Numbered from the stretch's first letter, positions 10,416 through 20,707 are shown. The stretch: 64,000 nucleotides of DNA from Candidatus Eiseniibacteriota bacterium (GCA_963725865.1 CAVSAC010000019.1:64001-128000); one strand, 5' to 3'. Program-made: numbers and translations. The notes: generated from the letters alone by a model not told the origin.

Positions 10416-10431
10416 TGCAATTAGGACGCCG
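10416..10431 (-). promoter_or_regulatory. Putative sigma54 (-24/-12) promoter of the Asp-box protein gene
   Basis: Minus strand CGGCGTCCTAATTGCA has GG-N10-GC with TTGCA, ~120 nt upstream of ATG 10297, with a long non-coding stretch further upstream. Confidence 0.45.
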
Positions 10432-10798
10432 CGAGGGTATCGTCACGCGGCCCGAGCGCGAGCCCGGATCCGCGTGCCCGCGGCCGCGTGCAATCGGCAC
10501 CGGAAGCGCGCCCGGGCGGGCGAGAGGCCCCGCCGAGCGCGGGACCGGTGGGCCGTACGCCCGGCGACCCGTGCGCCGTCGCGCACTCCGCGCTCGGCGT
10601 TCGCAACAGGCGAGCGCCCGCGCGCGGACGGCCGGTGCGACGCCCGCGCGCAGGCGCTGCTCCGTGCAATGGCAGCGATCGCACGTCGCACGATGCGGAC
10701 GCGCGCCGCAGTCGCGCGACCTCGCGCCGGCGTGCGCGGAGCACGCCTCGCGCCGGCGCGCGCGGCTCGCGCGTTGCGCCGGCGGGCGCGACCGCGCC

Positions 10799-11992
10799 TC
10801 AGTAGCTCAGGTGCATCTGCAGGTAGGCCTGCCGCTCGTCGGCGATCAGGTCGCTCTTCGGATCGATGTAGCGAAAGGTCCAGCGCAGCTCGGCGAACGG
10901 CACCGGCACGAGTTCGCCCTCGACGGCGTAGCGGTTCGAGGTCGCCAGCTCGCGGAACAGCTCGTCGCTGCTGCGGTCGGTCACCAGGTGGTCCATGCGC
11001 AGGCGCACGTTCACGAAGCGCACGGGCGCGTAGTCGGTCTCGAGGAACCACGCCAGCAGGTTGGTGCGCGTGTCGGTCGACGCGCGCTCGTCGGTGCCGG
11101 CGCCGACCTCGCCGATCAAGGCGAGGGGGCCGTGATGCGTGAGCCCGTAGTAGCCCCAGCGCGTCGAGCGGCCGGTCACGTCGCGGCCCAGCTTCTTCAC
11201 GTCGTCGTACAACGACACGCCGCCCTGGTACCACGGCGCGTTGAAGCCGAGCTTGAGCGTCTTGGCCTCGGAATACGGATCGCTGCCGAACACCTGCGCG
11301 GTCCCATTCGTGAACGCGGCGCGGCCGAACAGATGACCGCGCTCGGCGCCCAGCTCGATGCCCATGTCGACCTGGCGCGGGTCGTACGGAAGGAAGCGCC
11401 CGATGGAGGAGAAGTCACCGTAGCCGTTCCGCGTGGCGACGGTGTGATCGTCGAGGCGCAGGCCGAACGGCACGCGGAACCGGCCCGCCTTCAGATAGCC
11501 GTTGAGCGGGAAGCCGCTCACGAGGCCGAACGCGTCCTTGCTCACCACGCCCGCGCTCGCGTTCTGCCCGAACGCGTCGAAGGAGTACACCACCGCCAGC
11601 CGTGGGTGCGGCTGGAATGCGAGGTGGATCGCGTTCTCCATGTTGAAGAACCCGAGCCGCTCGATGTGCTCGACGTCGGTGTGCCCGTTGGTGAGCAGCA
11701 TGAAGCGCTGGTTGAGCCCGACGTAGAGCGGGAACGTGTCGCTCACGCGGTTGGTGAGCGTCAGGTCGGTCCACGGCCCCTTCGCCTCGGGCTCGATCGC
11801 GTGACGATGGGCCGCGAACGCGTGGCCGAACTCGTTGCGCGGTCCGCCCCCGTTCGGATCGAAGTGGCAGGTCCCGCACATGAGGCCGGTGCGGGCGGCG
11901 TACTGCGGCACGGCGCGCGAGGGTCGCACGGACAGCGCGGCGACGAGCACGAGGGCGGCGAGGAAGACGAGCGCGCGCGAGGCGTGAAGCAC
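10799..11992 (-). CDS. Monoheme c-type cytochrome fused to outer-membrane beta-barrel porin (Cyc2-like architecture)
   Basis: GGAGG + GTG start; signal peptide ending 'SRA'; 'VPQYAARTGLMCGTCH'; amphipathic beta-strands; C-terminal 'YLQMHLSY' beta-signal; 397 aa. Confidence 0.7.
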   Translation of the reverse strand: MLHASRALVFLAALVLVAALSVRPSRAVPQYAARTGLMCGTCHFDPNGGGPRNEFGHAFAAHRHAIEPEAKGPWTDLTLTNRVSDTFPLYVGLNQRFMLLTNGHTDVEHIERLGFFNMENAIHLAFQPHPRLAVVYSFDAFGQNASAGVVSKDAFGLVSGFPLNGYLKAGRFRVPFGLRLDDHTVATRNGYGDFSSIGRFLPYDPRQVDMGIELGAERGHLFGRAAFTNGTAQVFGSDPYSEAKTLKLGFNAPWYQGGVSLYDDVKKLGRDVTGRSTRWGYYGLTHHGPLALIGEVGAGTDERASTDTRTNLLAWFLETDYAPVRFVNVRLRMDHLVTDRSSDELFRELATSNRYAVEGELVPVPFAELRWTFRYIDPKSDLIADERQAYLQMHLSY

Positions 11993-12051
11993 GTAGACCT
12001 CCGAGGAAGATGGGACTCCGAGTCCGCGGTGCGACGCGGCCGCGGGGACGA

Positions 12052-13695
12052 TCAACGGCGGCGCGGGCGGGAGCGTCGCGCGCGGGTCCCGCGCGGGGCG
12101 CCCCAGCCGCCACCGCCGGGACTCTCGACATGGAGCACCGCACCGGCCGGCAGATCCAGCAGGAATTTGCCCGGCAGCGTCCGGGCCCCACGTCCTGTCG
12201 CGTCCAGCTGAACACGATTGACTCCCGGCTTGCCCGGCGCGCCTCCGGCGAGGCCGTACGGGCCGCGCACCCGGCGCTCGCTCATCACCGTCACCCGCGC
12301 GGGTGCCCGCAGCTCGAGCACCCGCACGATGCCGTCGCCGCCGCGGTAGCGCCCGCGCCCGCCGCTGCCGCGGCGGACCGCGAGCCGGCGCACGCGCAGC
12401 GGGTAGGCGTGCTCGAGCGCCTCGATCGGGGTGTTGCGCGTGTTGGTCATGTGGACCTGCATCGCGCTGGCGCCGTTCCACCCCGGCCCGGCCCCGTGCC
12501 CGCCACCGAGGGTCTCGTAATACGCGAACGCGCGGCCGCTGCGCGGATCGACGCCGCCGATCAGCACGTTGTTCATGGTGCCGGCGCTGGCGGCCGGCAC
12601 GCGAGTGGGCAGCGCACGGGCGAAGGCGCCCAGCACCGCGTCCACGATGCGCTGCGAGGTCTCGACGTTGCCGGCGCTCACCGCCGCCGGCGGACGCGCG
12701 TTCACCACCGTGCCGGCCGGGGCGCGCACCACGATCGGGCGGAACGTGCCCTCGTTGACCGGCGCATCCCCACCCAGCACCAGTCGCACCGCGTAGTACG
12801 CCGCCGCCCGCGTCACCGCCTCGACCGCATTGACCGGCGCCGCGCGCTGGAGGTCGCTGCCGGCGAAGTCGAGGCGCGCGCGACCGCCGCCGAGCGTGAG
12901 CGTGACGGCGATGCGCACCGGCCCGCCGCCGAGACCGTCGTCCTCGAGCGCGTCGGTGAAGCGCCAGCGCCCGCGCGGCAGGCCGGCGAGCGCGGCGCGG
13001 GTGGCGCGCTCCGCGTGATCCAGCAGCGCCGCCGCCGCCGCGTGGAGCGTGTCGCGACCGCTGCGGCGCGCGAGGTCCGCGAGCCGGCGGCCGCCGGTCA
13101 CCTGCGCGCCGAGCTGGGCCGCCAGGTCCGCGCGCCGCTCCTCGGGCGTGCGCACGTTGGCGAGCACCAGCCGCAGCACGTCGGCGTCCACGCGCCCCTC
13201 GCGCACCAGCCGCACCGGCGGGATCCGCAGCCCTTCCTCGAACACCTCGCGCGCGAGCGGCATCGAGCCCGGGGCACTCCCGCCGACGTCCGCGTGATGG
13301 GCCCGGCTCGCAACGTAGAAGTCCGGCACCGCCGGCGGTACCGTCGCGGCGCGCGCGCCGAGGAAGACCGGTGAGACGAGCGTGAGGTCCGGCAGGTGGG
13401 TGCCGCCCGCGAACGGATCGTTCAGCAGCACCACGTCGCCGCGCTGCATCCGTCGCGCGCGCATCGCCGCGCGCACGGCGGCGCCCATGCTGCCGAGGTG
13501 CACCGGGATGTGCGCGGCCTGGGCCACCAGCCGGCCGCGGCCGTCGAACACCGCGCACGAGTAATCGAGGCGCTCCTTGATGTTGGGCGAGTGCGCGGTC
13601 CGCATGAGCGTGGTGCCCATCTCCTCGGCGCACGCCGTGAACAGCCCGCGCACCACTGCCAGCGTGACCGGATCGAGCGCTCGCCGCGGGCTCAT
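12052..13695 (-). CDS. Hydantoinase B/oxoprolinase family protein
   Basis: '[22 protein letters not shown]', 'HIPVHLGSM', '[12 protein letters not shown]', 'HHADVGG..PGS', '[13 protein letters not shown]'. Confidence 0.9.
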   Translation of the reverse strand: MSPRRALDPVTLAVVRGLFTACAEEMGTTLMRTAHSPNIKERLDYSCAVFDGRGRLVAQAAHIPVHLGSMGAAVRAAMRARRMQRGDVVLLNDPFAGGTHLPDLTLVSPVFLGARAATVPPAVPDFYVASRAHHADVGGSAPGSMPLAREVFEEGLRIPPVRLVREGRVDADVLRLVLANVRTPEERRADLAAQLGAQVTGGRRLADLARRSGRDTLHAAAAALLDHAERATRAALAGLPRGRWRFTDALEDDGLGGGPVRIAVTLTLGGGRARLDFAGSDLQRAAPVNAVEAVTRAAAYYAVRLVLGGDAPVNEGTFRPIVVRAPAGTVVNARPPAAVSAGNVETSQRIVDAVLGAFARALPTRVPAASAGTMNNVLIGGVDPRSGRAFAYYETLGGGHGAGPGWNGASAMQVHMTNTRNTPIEALEHAYPLRVRRLAVRRGSGGRGRYRGGDGIVRVLELRAPARVTVMSERRVRGPYGLAGGAPGKPGVNRVQLDATGRGARTLPGKFLLDLPAGAVLHVESPGGGGWGAPRGTRARRSRPRRR

Positions 13696-15734
13696 CGCCG
13701 CCCCCGCGTGAGCACCAGTGCGCCCCGCGCGTGCGCGCGTGCGCTCCAGCCCGGCGGCACCCACAGCGTGGCGCCCGCGCCGGCGACCAGCGCCGGCCCC
13801 GGCACGCGCGCCCCGGTCGCCAGCGCCGCGCGCGGCCACACCCGGCACGCGCGGGCGCGGCCCTCGTGCCAGACGGAGACCATGCGCGCGACCGTCCGCG
13901 CGGCGCGCGGCGCGGCGGCCCGCGGCAGCGCCGGCGCCGGCGCCTCGCCTCGCACCTCGGCGGTCACGATCTCCACCACCGCCTCGCGCGTGGCGAAACC
14001 GAAGCGGCGCGCGTGCTCGCGGTGGAAGCGCGCGACCAGGCCCGGCCCGGCCGCCAGCGTCAGCTCGTGCGACTGGCCGCGGTAGCGCGCCTCGACCAGC
14101 CGGCGCAGGCGCGCGCGCGGTCGATCGGCGGGCTCGAAGTCCGCGCGCACCGCGACCTCGAGCGCGCGGAACGCGCGTTCGAGCGCCGCCTCCGCGTCCG
14201 CCGGCAGCATCACCGTGCGCGCGCGCTCGCGGCGCGGCGGGGCCGCGAGCGCGCCGAGCGCCGAGAGCACCCCGGCGTGGCGCGGGAACACCACGCTCGC
14301 GCATCCGAGCGCCTGCGCGAGCGCGCACGCGTGCAGCCCGCCGGCGCCGCCGAACGCCACCAGCGCGGTCCCGCGCGGATCGTGCCCCGCCTCGACCGAG
14401 ACCCGCCTCAGCGCCGCCTCCATGTGCGCCTCGGCGAGCGCAACCACGCCGGCCGCCGCAGCGCGCGCGTCGCGCAGGCCGAGCGCGTGCGCGAGCGTCC
14501 CGAGTGCCCGCTCGGCCGCGACGGGATCGAGCGGCAGCGCGCCGTCGCCGAGGGTGGCGAACGGCAGGCGGCCGAGCACCACCATCGAGTCGGTCACCGT
14601 GGCGGGCCCGCCGCGCCCATAGCACGCCGGCCCCGGGTGGGCGCCCGCGCTGCCCGGGCCGACCTGCAGCAGGCCGTCCGCGCCGCGCGCGATCGAGCCG
14701 CCGCCCGCGCCGACCGTGTGCACGTCGAGCGTGGGTAGCAGGATCGGTACCCCCGCCACCTCGCGCGCGCGGCGGCGCGGGAGCTCGCCCTCGACGTACG
14801 CCACGTCGGTCGAGGTGCCGCCGACGTCGAGCGTGAGCGCACGGCTCGCGCCGCACGCGCGGGCCTCCGCCCACGCCGCCTCGAGCCCCGCGGCGGGGCC
14901 CGATAGCAGTTGGCGCACCGGCTCGCGGGCGGCGCGCGCGGGCGGCGCGGTGCCGCCGTGCGACAGCACGATCTCGACGCGGGCGCGGGTGCCGCGGGCG
15001 AGCGCGGTGACGTAACGCGCCACGCGCGGCATCAGCGCCGCGTTCGCCACCGTGGTGGCGAAGCGCTCGTACTCGCGGAACTCGGGACACAGCGCCGCCG
15101 ACGCGCTCACCGGCCGCCCGAGGCGCGCGAGGTCGCGCGCCAGCATCCGCTCGTGGCGCGGGTCGGCGTAGGCGTGGAGCAGCCCGATCGCGATCGCCTC
15201 CGGCCGCGTGCGCGCGACCGCGCGCCGCACGCGCGCGCGCTCGGCGCGGGTGAGCGCCTGCTCGAGCCGGCCGTCGGGGCCGCGTCGCTCACGCACCCCG
15301 ATGCGGCGCGCGGCCGGCACCAGCGGCTCCGGTCGCCGCGGCGCGAGGTCGTAGAGGCGCGGGCGGTCCTGGCGCGCGATCTCGAGCACGTCCTCGAAGC
15401 CCGCGGTGGTCACCAGCGTCACGCGCGCCACGCGGCGCTCGAGCAGCGCGTTGGTCGCGACCGTCGAGCCATGCCGCACGCGCGTGGCGGCCCCGGCCGC
15501 GAGCCGCGCGAGGCCATCGAGCACCGCGCGCTCCGGCGCCGCCGGGCTCGACGGCAGCTTGAACGCCACCAGACCGCGCCCGGTTCGCGCGACGAAGTCG
15601 GTGAACGTGCCGCCGGTGTCCACCCCCACGGCGGCCGGCGACCGGCGCCGCTGGTCCCCGCGGGCGGTCGCGGAACCGGCGCGCCCGCGCCCGCCCGTTC
15701 GGCGGCCCGCGCGCGCCCGGCGGCGGGGGCTCAT
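13692..15734 (-). CDS. Hydantoinase A/oxoprolinase family protein
   Basis: 'GVDTGGTFTD', 'HGSTVATNALLE', 'SGPAAG', 'DVGGTSTDV', 'GAGGGSIA', 'FGGAGGLH'; ATGA overlaps with both neighbours. Confidence 0.9.
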   Translation of the reverse strand: MSPRRRARAGRRTGGRGRAGSATARGDQRRRSPAAVGVDTGGTFTDFVARTGRGLVAFKLPSSPAAPERAVLDGLARLAAGAATRVRHGSTVATNALLERRVARVTLVTTAGFEDVLEIARQDRPRLYDLAPRRPEPLVPAARRIGVRERRGPDGRLEQALTRAERARVRRAVARTRPEAIAIGLLHAYADPRHERMLARDLARLGRPVSASAALCPEFREYERFATTVANAALMPRVARYVTALARGTRARVEIVLSHGGTAPPARAAREPVRQLLSGPAAGLEAAWAEARACGASRALTLDVGGTSTDVAYVEGELPRRRAREVAGVPILLPTLDVHTVGAGGGSIARGADGLLQVGPGSAGAHPGPACYGRGGPATVTDSMVVLGRLPFATLGDGALPLDPVAAERALGTLAHALGLRDARAAAAGVVALAEAHMEAALRRVSVEAGHDPRGTALVAFGGAGGLHACALAQALGCASVVFPRHAGVLSALGALAAPPRRERARTVMLPADAEAALERAFRALEVAVRADFEPADRPRARLRRLVEARYRGQSHELTLAAGPGLVARFHREHARRFGFATREAVVEIVTAEVRGEAPAPALPRAAAPRAARTVARMVSVWHEGRARACRVWPRAALATGARVPGPALVAGAGATLWVPPGWSARAHARGALVLTRGRR

Positions 15735-16288
15735 GCGGTCCGCCGGCCGCGCTTGCGCAGCGCGTCCACCAGCGCCGCCACCGCGAACACCCCGAGGCCG
15801 GCCACGATCACCCAGCCCGGAATGCGCAGCTTCTGTCCGGCGAGCGCGAGCGCGAAGTAGTACGGCAGCGCGCCGAGGAACACCGCCACTCCGTAGCGCG
15901 GCACCGGGTACTCGACGATCGCGGCCACCAGCTTGATCGGGGCGTCGGGCAGCGGGAGCGCGCGCGCGAGCAGGATGGCCATGAACGAGGCCGAGGGATA
16001 CTGGCGGAGCGCCGCCTCGAGCTTGTCGCGCGAAGGCGTCCAGCGCTTCATCCACGGGTGGCCGGCCGCCAGCACCCAGCGCAGCACCGCGAACTGAGCT
16101 GCGCTGCCCGCGGCGCTCGCCAGCCCGCCGAACAGCGCCACCTTCCACGGCTCGTGGAGCCTGCCCGCGAGGTAGACGATCGGGGTGGTCAGGAACGAGA
16201 ACGTGGCCCCGTCCGCGAACAGCAGCGCGCACACCGCCCACAGGTGCTGCAGCAGCCCCTGGATGTTCCGCAGCAGATCGTCGAGCAC
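15731..16288 (-). CDS. DedA/VTT (SNARE-associated) family membrane protein
   Basis: Several TM segments; 'LLARALPLPD' resembles the DedA R-x-x-P motif; coupled to the hydantoinase A gene. Confidence 0.6.
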   Translation of the reverse strand: MLDDLLRNIQGLLQHLWAVCALLFADGATFSFLTTPIVYLAGRLHEPWKVALFGGLASAAGSAAQFAVLRWVLAAGHPWMKRWTPSRDKLEAALRQYPSASFMAILLARALPLPDAPIKLVAAIVEYPVPRYGVAVFLGALPYYFALALAGQKLRIPGWVIVAGLGVFAVAALVDALRKRGRRTA

Positions 16289-16372
16289 GCTCGGCCCTCG
16301 GGTCCATGGCGCGGAACGGCGAAGCGCCGGGCGCACCTTACGGTGCCCCGGCGCTCGGTTACAACCGCACGC

Positions 16373-17803
16373 TCACTGGACGGGTGGCGACTCGCCGGGC
16401 GGCGGCATGAACGAGTCCGGCGGTGACGCCGGGGGCGGGGGCGCGGACGCCGGCGGCTCCATCGCCAGCGGGGACGCGGCCGGAGGCGGCGCGCTCGCCG
16501 CGCCCGTCGCGGCGGACATCGTGCCGTTCTGGCGCCCGGTCCACCACCGGCGCAGCGGACCGTGCGCGAACTCGTGCCGCACCAGCGCACCGGCACCGAG
16601 CGTGCTCACGACGCCGATCGCGATCCAGGTCAGCACCTTGATGAGCGTGCCGAGTCCTTCGAGCAGGCCGAAGCTCGGGATCTGCTTGAGCAGCGTGCCG
16701 ACGAACAGCGCCAGCCCCAAGGCGAGCGCGCCAGTGGCCGCCGCGGTCGCGATCGGCGGCGCGGTTCTGCCCCGTGCGAGGGCGACGCGCTGCCCGATCG
16801 CGGCGCAGCCGACCGCGAAGCCCCAGATCCACATCAGCGCGACCGCCGCGGGGTAGGCGATCCATGCCACGAGGGCGACCGGGATGCCGATCAGCGTGAT
16901 GCAGAGGATCGCCCCCAGCAGCAGCACGGCGATGTAGCCGGGCGCCCAGACCAGCGCGACCAGCAGGCCGACCAGAAACGACTGCCCCGCCTCCTCGCGG
17001 AACCGCGCAAGTGCGGCGCCACTGCGGCCGGGTGCGAGGCTGAAGAACGCCCACGCCAGCGCGGTGGTGATCAGCATCCACAGCAGCGCGCCGAACAACC
17101 GGAGCACCGGGCGCGCGACGTGAGCGCCGGCGGACTCGTCGCCGTCTCGCAGGTGCACCATCCGGCGCTCCCACCGCTTGTCGCGCGGCCCCAGCGCGGT
17201 CACCCGCTGGCCGCCCACCTGGGCACCCGGCTGCTCGTGGAGCTGGCCGCCCATGCAGAACACGTCGCCGTCCACCCGCGCGCCGCTGTTCAGATAGACG
17301 TCGCCCCCCATCGCCTGCACGTCGCCCTCGACGTGCCCGTCGACCACGATGTCGCCGCCCATCGCGACCACGTCGCCGGTCACGGTCTGGTCGCTCTCGA
17401 TGTGGATGTCCTGCCCGATCCGCATCATGTCGCCCGAGCGTCCAGCGATCTCGATCGACGGCTCCTTGGCGGTCGGCGGCGACGGCGGAGCCGGGATCGC
17501 GGGAACGCCCGGGGTCTCGGGCACCGACGGAACCGGGGGCACCGACGTGCCGCCCACCTTGATGCGGGTGCGCCGGGTGGTGCCGCGCTCGAGCGCCCGG
17601 GCGCTCTCGGGCGGCACCGACTTGAATTCGAGCACCTCGCCCGCGAGCGCCTGGCCGACCGCGGTGCGTGCGACCCGCGCGAGGGTCCGGCTCACGACGT
17701 TACCGGCGACCGGCGTCCCGATCCGCTGCCACACCCACGCGCCACCCGAGGCGAGCGCGCACATCGTGAGCGCGGCGAAGCCCAGCAGTGCGAGTCGTCT
17801 CAT
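16373..17803 (-). CDS. Membrane protein with bactofilin-like/polymer-forming beta-helix repeats (G-D-V-x-x-x-G-G)
   Basis: 'VTGDVVAMGGDIVVDGHVEGDVQAMGGDVYL...VDGDVFCMGG'; TM block with 'LCITLIGIPVA'; start overlaps the upstream stop. Confidence 0.75.
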   Translation of the reverse strand: MRRLALLGFAALTMCALASGGAWVWQRIGTPVAGNVVSRTLARVARTAVGQALAGEVLEFKSVPPESARALERGTTRRTRIKVGGTSVPPVPSVPETPGVPAIPAPPSPPTAKEPSIEIAGRSGDMMRIGQDIHIESDQTVTGDVVAMGGDIVVDGHVEGDVQAMGGDVYLNSGARVDGDVFCMGGQLHEQPGAQVGGQRVTALGPRDKRWERRMVHLRDGDESAGAHVARPVLRLFGALLWMLITTALAWAFFSLAPGRSGAALARFREEAGQSFLVGLLVALVWAPGYIAVLLLGAILCITLIGIPVALVAWIAYPAAVALMWIWGFAVGCAAIGQRVALARGRTAPPIATAAATGALALGLALFVGTLLKQIPSFGLLEGLGTLIKVLTWIAIGVVSTLGAGALVRHEFAHGPLRRWWTGRQNGTMSAATGAASAPPPAASPLAMEPPASAPPPPASPPDSFMPPPGESPPVQ

Positions 17804-18867
17804 GATCCACTCCCTGCGCTCGTGACGTGAAGATCCCCCGACGAGCTCTTGAGGCTGAGGCGGGCCGTTCCGCGCCCGAGGGTGCCGCGCAGCAGGCGGC
17901 GGGTGACGGTCCGAACCTCGAACGGAAGCGACACGTCCAGCGCGCCGCTCGAAGTCTGCATGTCGACCGTGGCGTCGTAGCGCGGCGGAACCGCCATCGT
18001 CACGTCGCCACTCACGCTCGTGAGGTCCGCGCGGACGAGGCCCGCCGCGGCCTGCAGGTCGAGGTCGCCACTGGAGGTGCTGACGGTCAGCGCGCCGGCC
18101 ACCTCCCGTGCGGCGACGTCGCCGCTGGTGGTGCCGATGCTCAGGAAGCGGGGAGAGCCCTCGACCTCCACGTCGCCGCTGACCGAGTCGAGGTGGAGCG
18201 AGTCCGCCGCGCCCTGGATCGTGATCTGGCCGCTGGTCGTGGCGACCTCCAGCGTGTGGAGCACGCCCTTCACCGAGACGTCCCCGCTGACGCTGCGCAG
18301 CCGGCCGCGCACGAGTCCGCTGGCCTCGATGTCCCCGCTGGTGGCGCTGGCCGAGACCGGTCCGGTCGCGCCTTCGATGCGGATGTCGCCGCTCGTGGTG
18401 GCGAGCTGCTGGCCACCGGCCATGTTCGCGGTGCGCAGGTTGCCGCTCGCCGAGCGCATCTCGACCGCGACCCCCTCCGGAACCTCGATCGAGAGCTGGA
18501 CATCGACGCGCGGCGTCTCGAATCCGGCGAACAGCTCGAAGAACGAGATCCGCATCGCCGACCCCTGTGGATAGTGCACCTGGACGACGAACTGGTCTCC
18601 GTTCCGGGTGGTCTCGACCGTGGTCTCGCGCGCCAGCCGTTCCTGCTGTGCGTGCGGGGCGCGGATGCGCTTGAGAGCCCACAGGTGGACCTGGTTGTCG
18701 CCGGAGCGCTTGACCTCGGCGAAGCCGCGCGGGTTCTCGACCCGCAGCCGCCGCACCCCCGTGGCGTCGAACAGGCGCTCGCTCTTCTGGGTCAGCTCCG
18801 CGCGGTCCGCGGCCGCCGGCGTGGCGACCAGGACCAGCAGCAGGGCGGCAAGGACGGCTCGTTTCAT
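17800..18867 (-). CDS. DUF4097 (putative adhesin) beta-strand repeat protein, exported
   Basis: Signal peptide; many T/S-x-S-G-D-I/V repeats; GGAGG SD. Confidence 0.85.
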   Translation of the reverse strand: MKRAVLAALLLVLVATPAAADRAELTQKSERLFDATGVRRLRVENPRGFAEVKRSGDNQVHLWALKRIRAPHAQQERLARETTVETTRNGDQFVVQVHYPQGSAMRISFFELFAGFETPRVDVQLSIEVPEGVAVEMRSASGNLRTANMAGGQQLATTSGDIRIEGATGPVSASATSGDIEASGLVRGRLRSVSGDVSVKGVLHTLEVATTSGQITIQGAADSLHLDSVSGDVEVEGSPRFLSIGTTSGDVAAREVAGALTVSTSSGDLDLQAAAGLVRADLTSVSGDVTMAVPPRYDATVDMQTSSGALDVSLPFEVRTVTRRLLRGTLGRGTARLSLKSSSGDLHVTSAGSGS

Positions 18868-18894
18868 CTCAGGACCCTCCATCGTTCGCACCTG

Positions 18895-18922
18895 TCTACG
18901 GCGAAGGATGGGACCAGGTTGC
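18895..18922 (-). promoter_or_regulatory. Putative ECF-sigma promoter of the DUF4097 operon
   Basis: Minus strand GCAAC-N17-CGTAGA, ~28 nt upstream of ATG 18867. Confidence 0.45.
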
Positions 18923-19001
18923 GGGAATCCGGGGGCCCTGGGATCCCGCGGTCGGGCAGTGGGTGCCCCGACCCGACGGCTCGCGGATCCGGAAGCTCGA
19001 A

Positions 19002-19027
19002 GGGGAGCCTCCTTGCGGAGCCTCCCC
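19002..19027 (-). terminator. Hairpin terminator downstream of the small lipoprotein gene
   Basis: Minus strand GGGGAGGCTCC-GCAA-GGAGGCTCCCC (GNRA loop, one mismatch) followed by TT. Confidence 0.6.
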
Positions 19028-19064
19028 TCGGCTTGATGCTCTATTGCCGGCGGCGACCAGGGCC

Positions 19065-19256
19065 TCAGTGGGCCATCGTGTCCGCGGGCATGCCAGTCGA
19101 GTCCATCGGCATCCCACCGGCCGTGTCAGCCGGCATCGTCGATGACTGATCGGCAGGCGGCGGCGTCTCCTCAGCCTTCTTGCCACAACCCACCACGGCG
19201 AGAGCGACAGTCATCGCCAGAAGGGCGACCATCGCGAGTGCGAAAAGCTTACGCAT
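19065..19256 (-). CDS. Small (63 aa) Met/Pro/Asp-rich lipoprotein
   Basis: AGGAGG SD; signal peptide with lipobox 'VVGC'; low-complexity tail with 'MPADT' twice. Confidence 0.8.
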   Translation of the reverse strand: MRKLFALAMVALLAMTVALAVVGCGKKAEETPPPADQSSTMPADTAGGMPMDSTGMPADTMAH

Positions 19257-19452
19257 CGTTTTTCTACTCACCTCCTCTCGGTCTCGCCGCGTCGGATCGG
19301 ATCCAAACGCGGCCCTACGATCTCAGATGCATTCCTGATCCATGTGCAGACCCCGCATCGGGGTACGACACTGGCAGCGTCCGTGAGCAGTTTCAAGATG
19401 TCGACGGGGGATCGCTGTGTGCTTGCCCTCGGGATGGGCAACAGGCGGCAGA

Positions 19453-19481
19453 ACCGTAGGGTTCGCCCCCCTGGATGTCAA
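19453..19481 (-). promoter_or_regulatory. Sigma70 promoter of the small lipoprotein gene
   Basis: Minus strand TTGACA-N17-TACGGT. Confidence 0.6.
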
Positions 19482-19534
19482 GCGGGATTCTGGTGGGCTT
19501 CCGGCCGATGCTCTTCTTGTCCAAGACTTTGCGT

Positions 19535-20707
19535 TCACGTCCCCTGCAGCGCCTGGTCGAGGTCCGCCTGCAGGTCCGCGCAGTCCTCGATCCCGACCGA
19601 GAGCCGCAGCAGGCCGTCGGCGAAGCCCATCGCGAGCCGTGCCTCGCGCGGCACGGAGGCATGCGTCATCGAGGCCGGGTGACAGACCAGACTCTCGACC
19701 CCGCCCAGGCTCTCGGCCCGCGTGAACAGTCGGAAGCGGTCGAACACCCGGCGCCCCGCCTCCAGCGAGCCATCGCCCGGGATGAACGAGATCATGCCCC
19801 CGAAGCCCGAGGCCTGGCGCTGGGCCAGCTCGTGCTGCGGGTGCGATGCGAGCCCCGGATAGAACACCTGCGAGACCTTCGGGTGACGCGCCAGGGACTC
19901 CGCCAGAACGCGCGCGTTCTCCTCGTGCCGCTGCATACGCACCGCCAGCGTCTTGGTGCCGCGCAGGCACAGCCAGCAGTCCCACGGCCCCGGCACCGCG
20001 CCGGCCGCGTTCTGCAGGAAGCGCAGCGATTCGGCGAGGTCGTCACGGCTGGTGATCAGCGCGCCGCCCACCATGTCGCTGTGACCGTTGAGGTACTTGG
20101 TGACCGAGTGGAGCACCACGTCCGCGCCCAGGGCCAGCGGGCGCTGGAAGTACGGCGTCATGAACGTGTTGTCCACCACGGTCAGGATGCCGCGCGCCCG
20201 CGCGCGCCCGCTCACGGACGCGATGTCGGTCAGCTGCATCATCGGATTGGTCGGCGTCTCGACGAACAGCATCCGGGTGTTCGGCCGGAACGCGCGCTCG
20301 ACCGCCTCGGGATCGGTCGCCCGGACGAACGTGAACGTGAGCCCGAGCCGTTCGAGCACCTTCGTGAACAGGCGGTAGGTGCCGCCGTAGAGGTTGTCGC
20401 CCGCCACCACGTGGTCGCCCTGCGAGAGGGTCTGCATCAGGCAGTTGGTGGCCGCGAGGCCGGACCCGAAGCTGAAGCCATGCGTGCCGCCCTCGAGCGC
20501 CGCGAGGTTGCGTTCGAGCGCGAACCGGGTGGCGTTGTGGGTGCGCGCGTACTCGTACCCCTTGTGGCGGCCGAGCGCCTCCTGGGCGTACGTCGAGGTC
20601 TGGTAGACGGGGACCGTGACCGCGCCGGTGACGGGATCGGGCACCTGCCCCGCGTGGATCGCCTTGGTGCTGAAGCCCGAGTCGGGCGTCAGCGCGTCGT
20701 GGCTCAT
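19535..20707 (-). CDS. Cystathionine gamma-lyase/synthase (Cys/Met metabolism PLP enzyme)
   Basis: 'TKAIHAGQ', 'PVYQTSTY', 'YEYAR', 'FVETPTNP', 'VDNTF', 'HSVTKYLNGHSD', 'AESLGGVESL'. Confidence 0.92.
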   Translation of the reverse strand: MSHDALTPDSGFSTKAIHAGQVPDPVTGAVTVPVYQTSTYAQEALGRHKGYEYARTHNATRFALERNLAALEGGTHGFSFGSGLAATNCLMQTLSQGDHVVAGDNLYGGTYRLFTKVLERLGLTFTFVRATDPEAVERAFRPNTRMLFVETPTNPMMQLTDIASVSGRARARGILTVVDNTFMTPYFQRPLALGADVVLHSVTKYLNGHSDMVGGALITSRDDLAESLRFLQNAAGAVPGPWDCWLCLRGTKTLAVRMQRHEENARVLAESLARHPKVSQVFYPGLASHPQHELAQRQASGFGGMISFIPGDGSLEAGRRVFDRFRLFTRAESLGGVESLVCHPASMTHASVPREARLAMGFADGLLRLSVGIEDCADLQADLDQALQGT

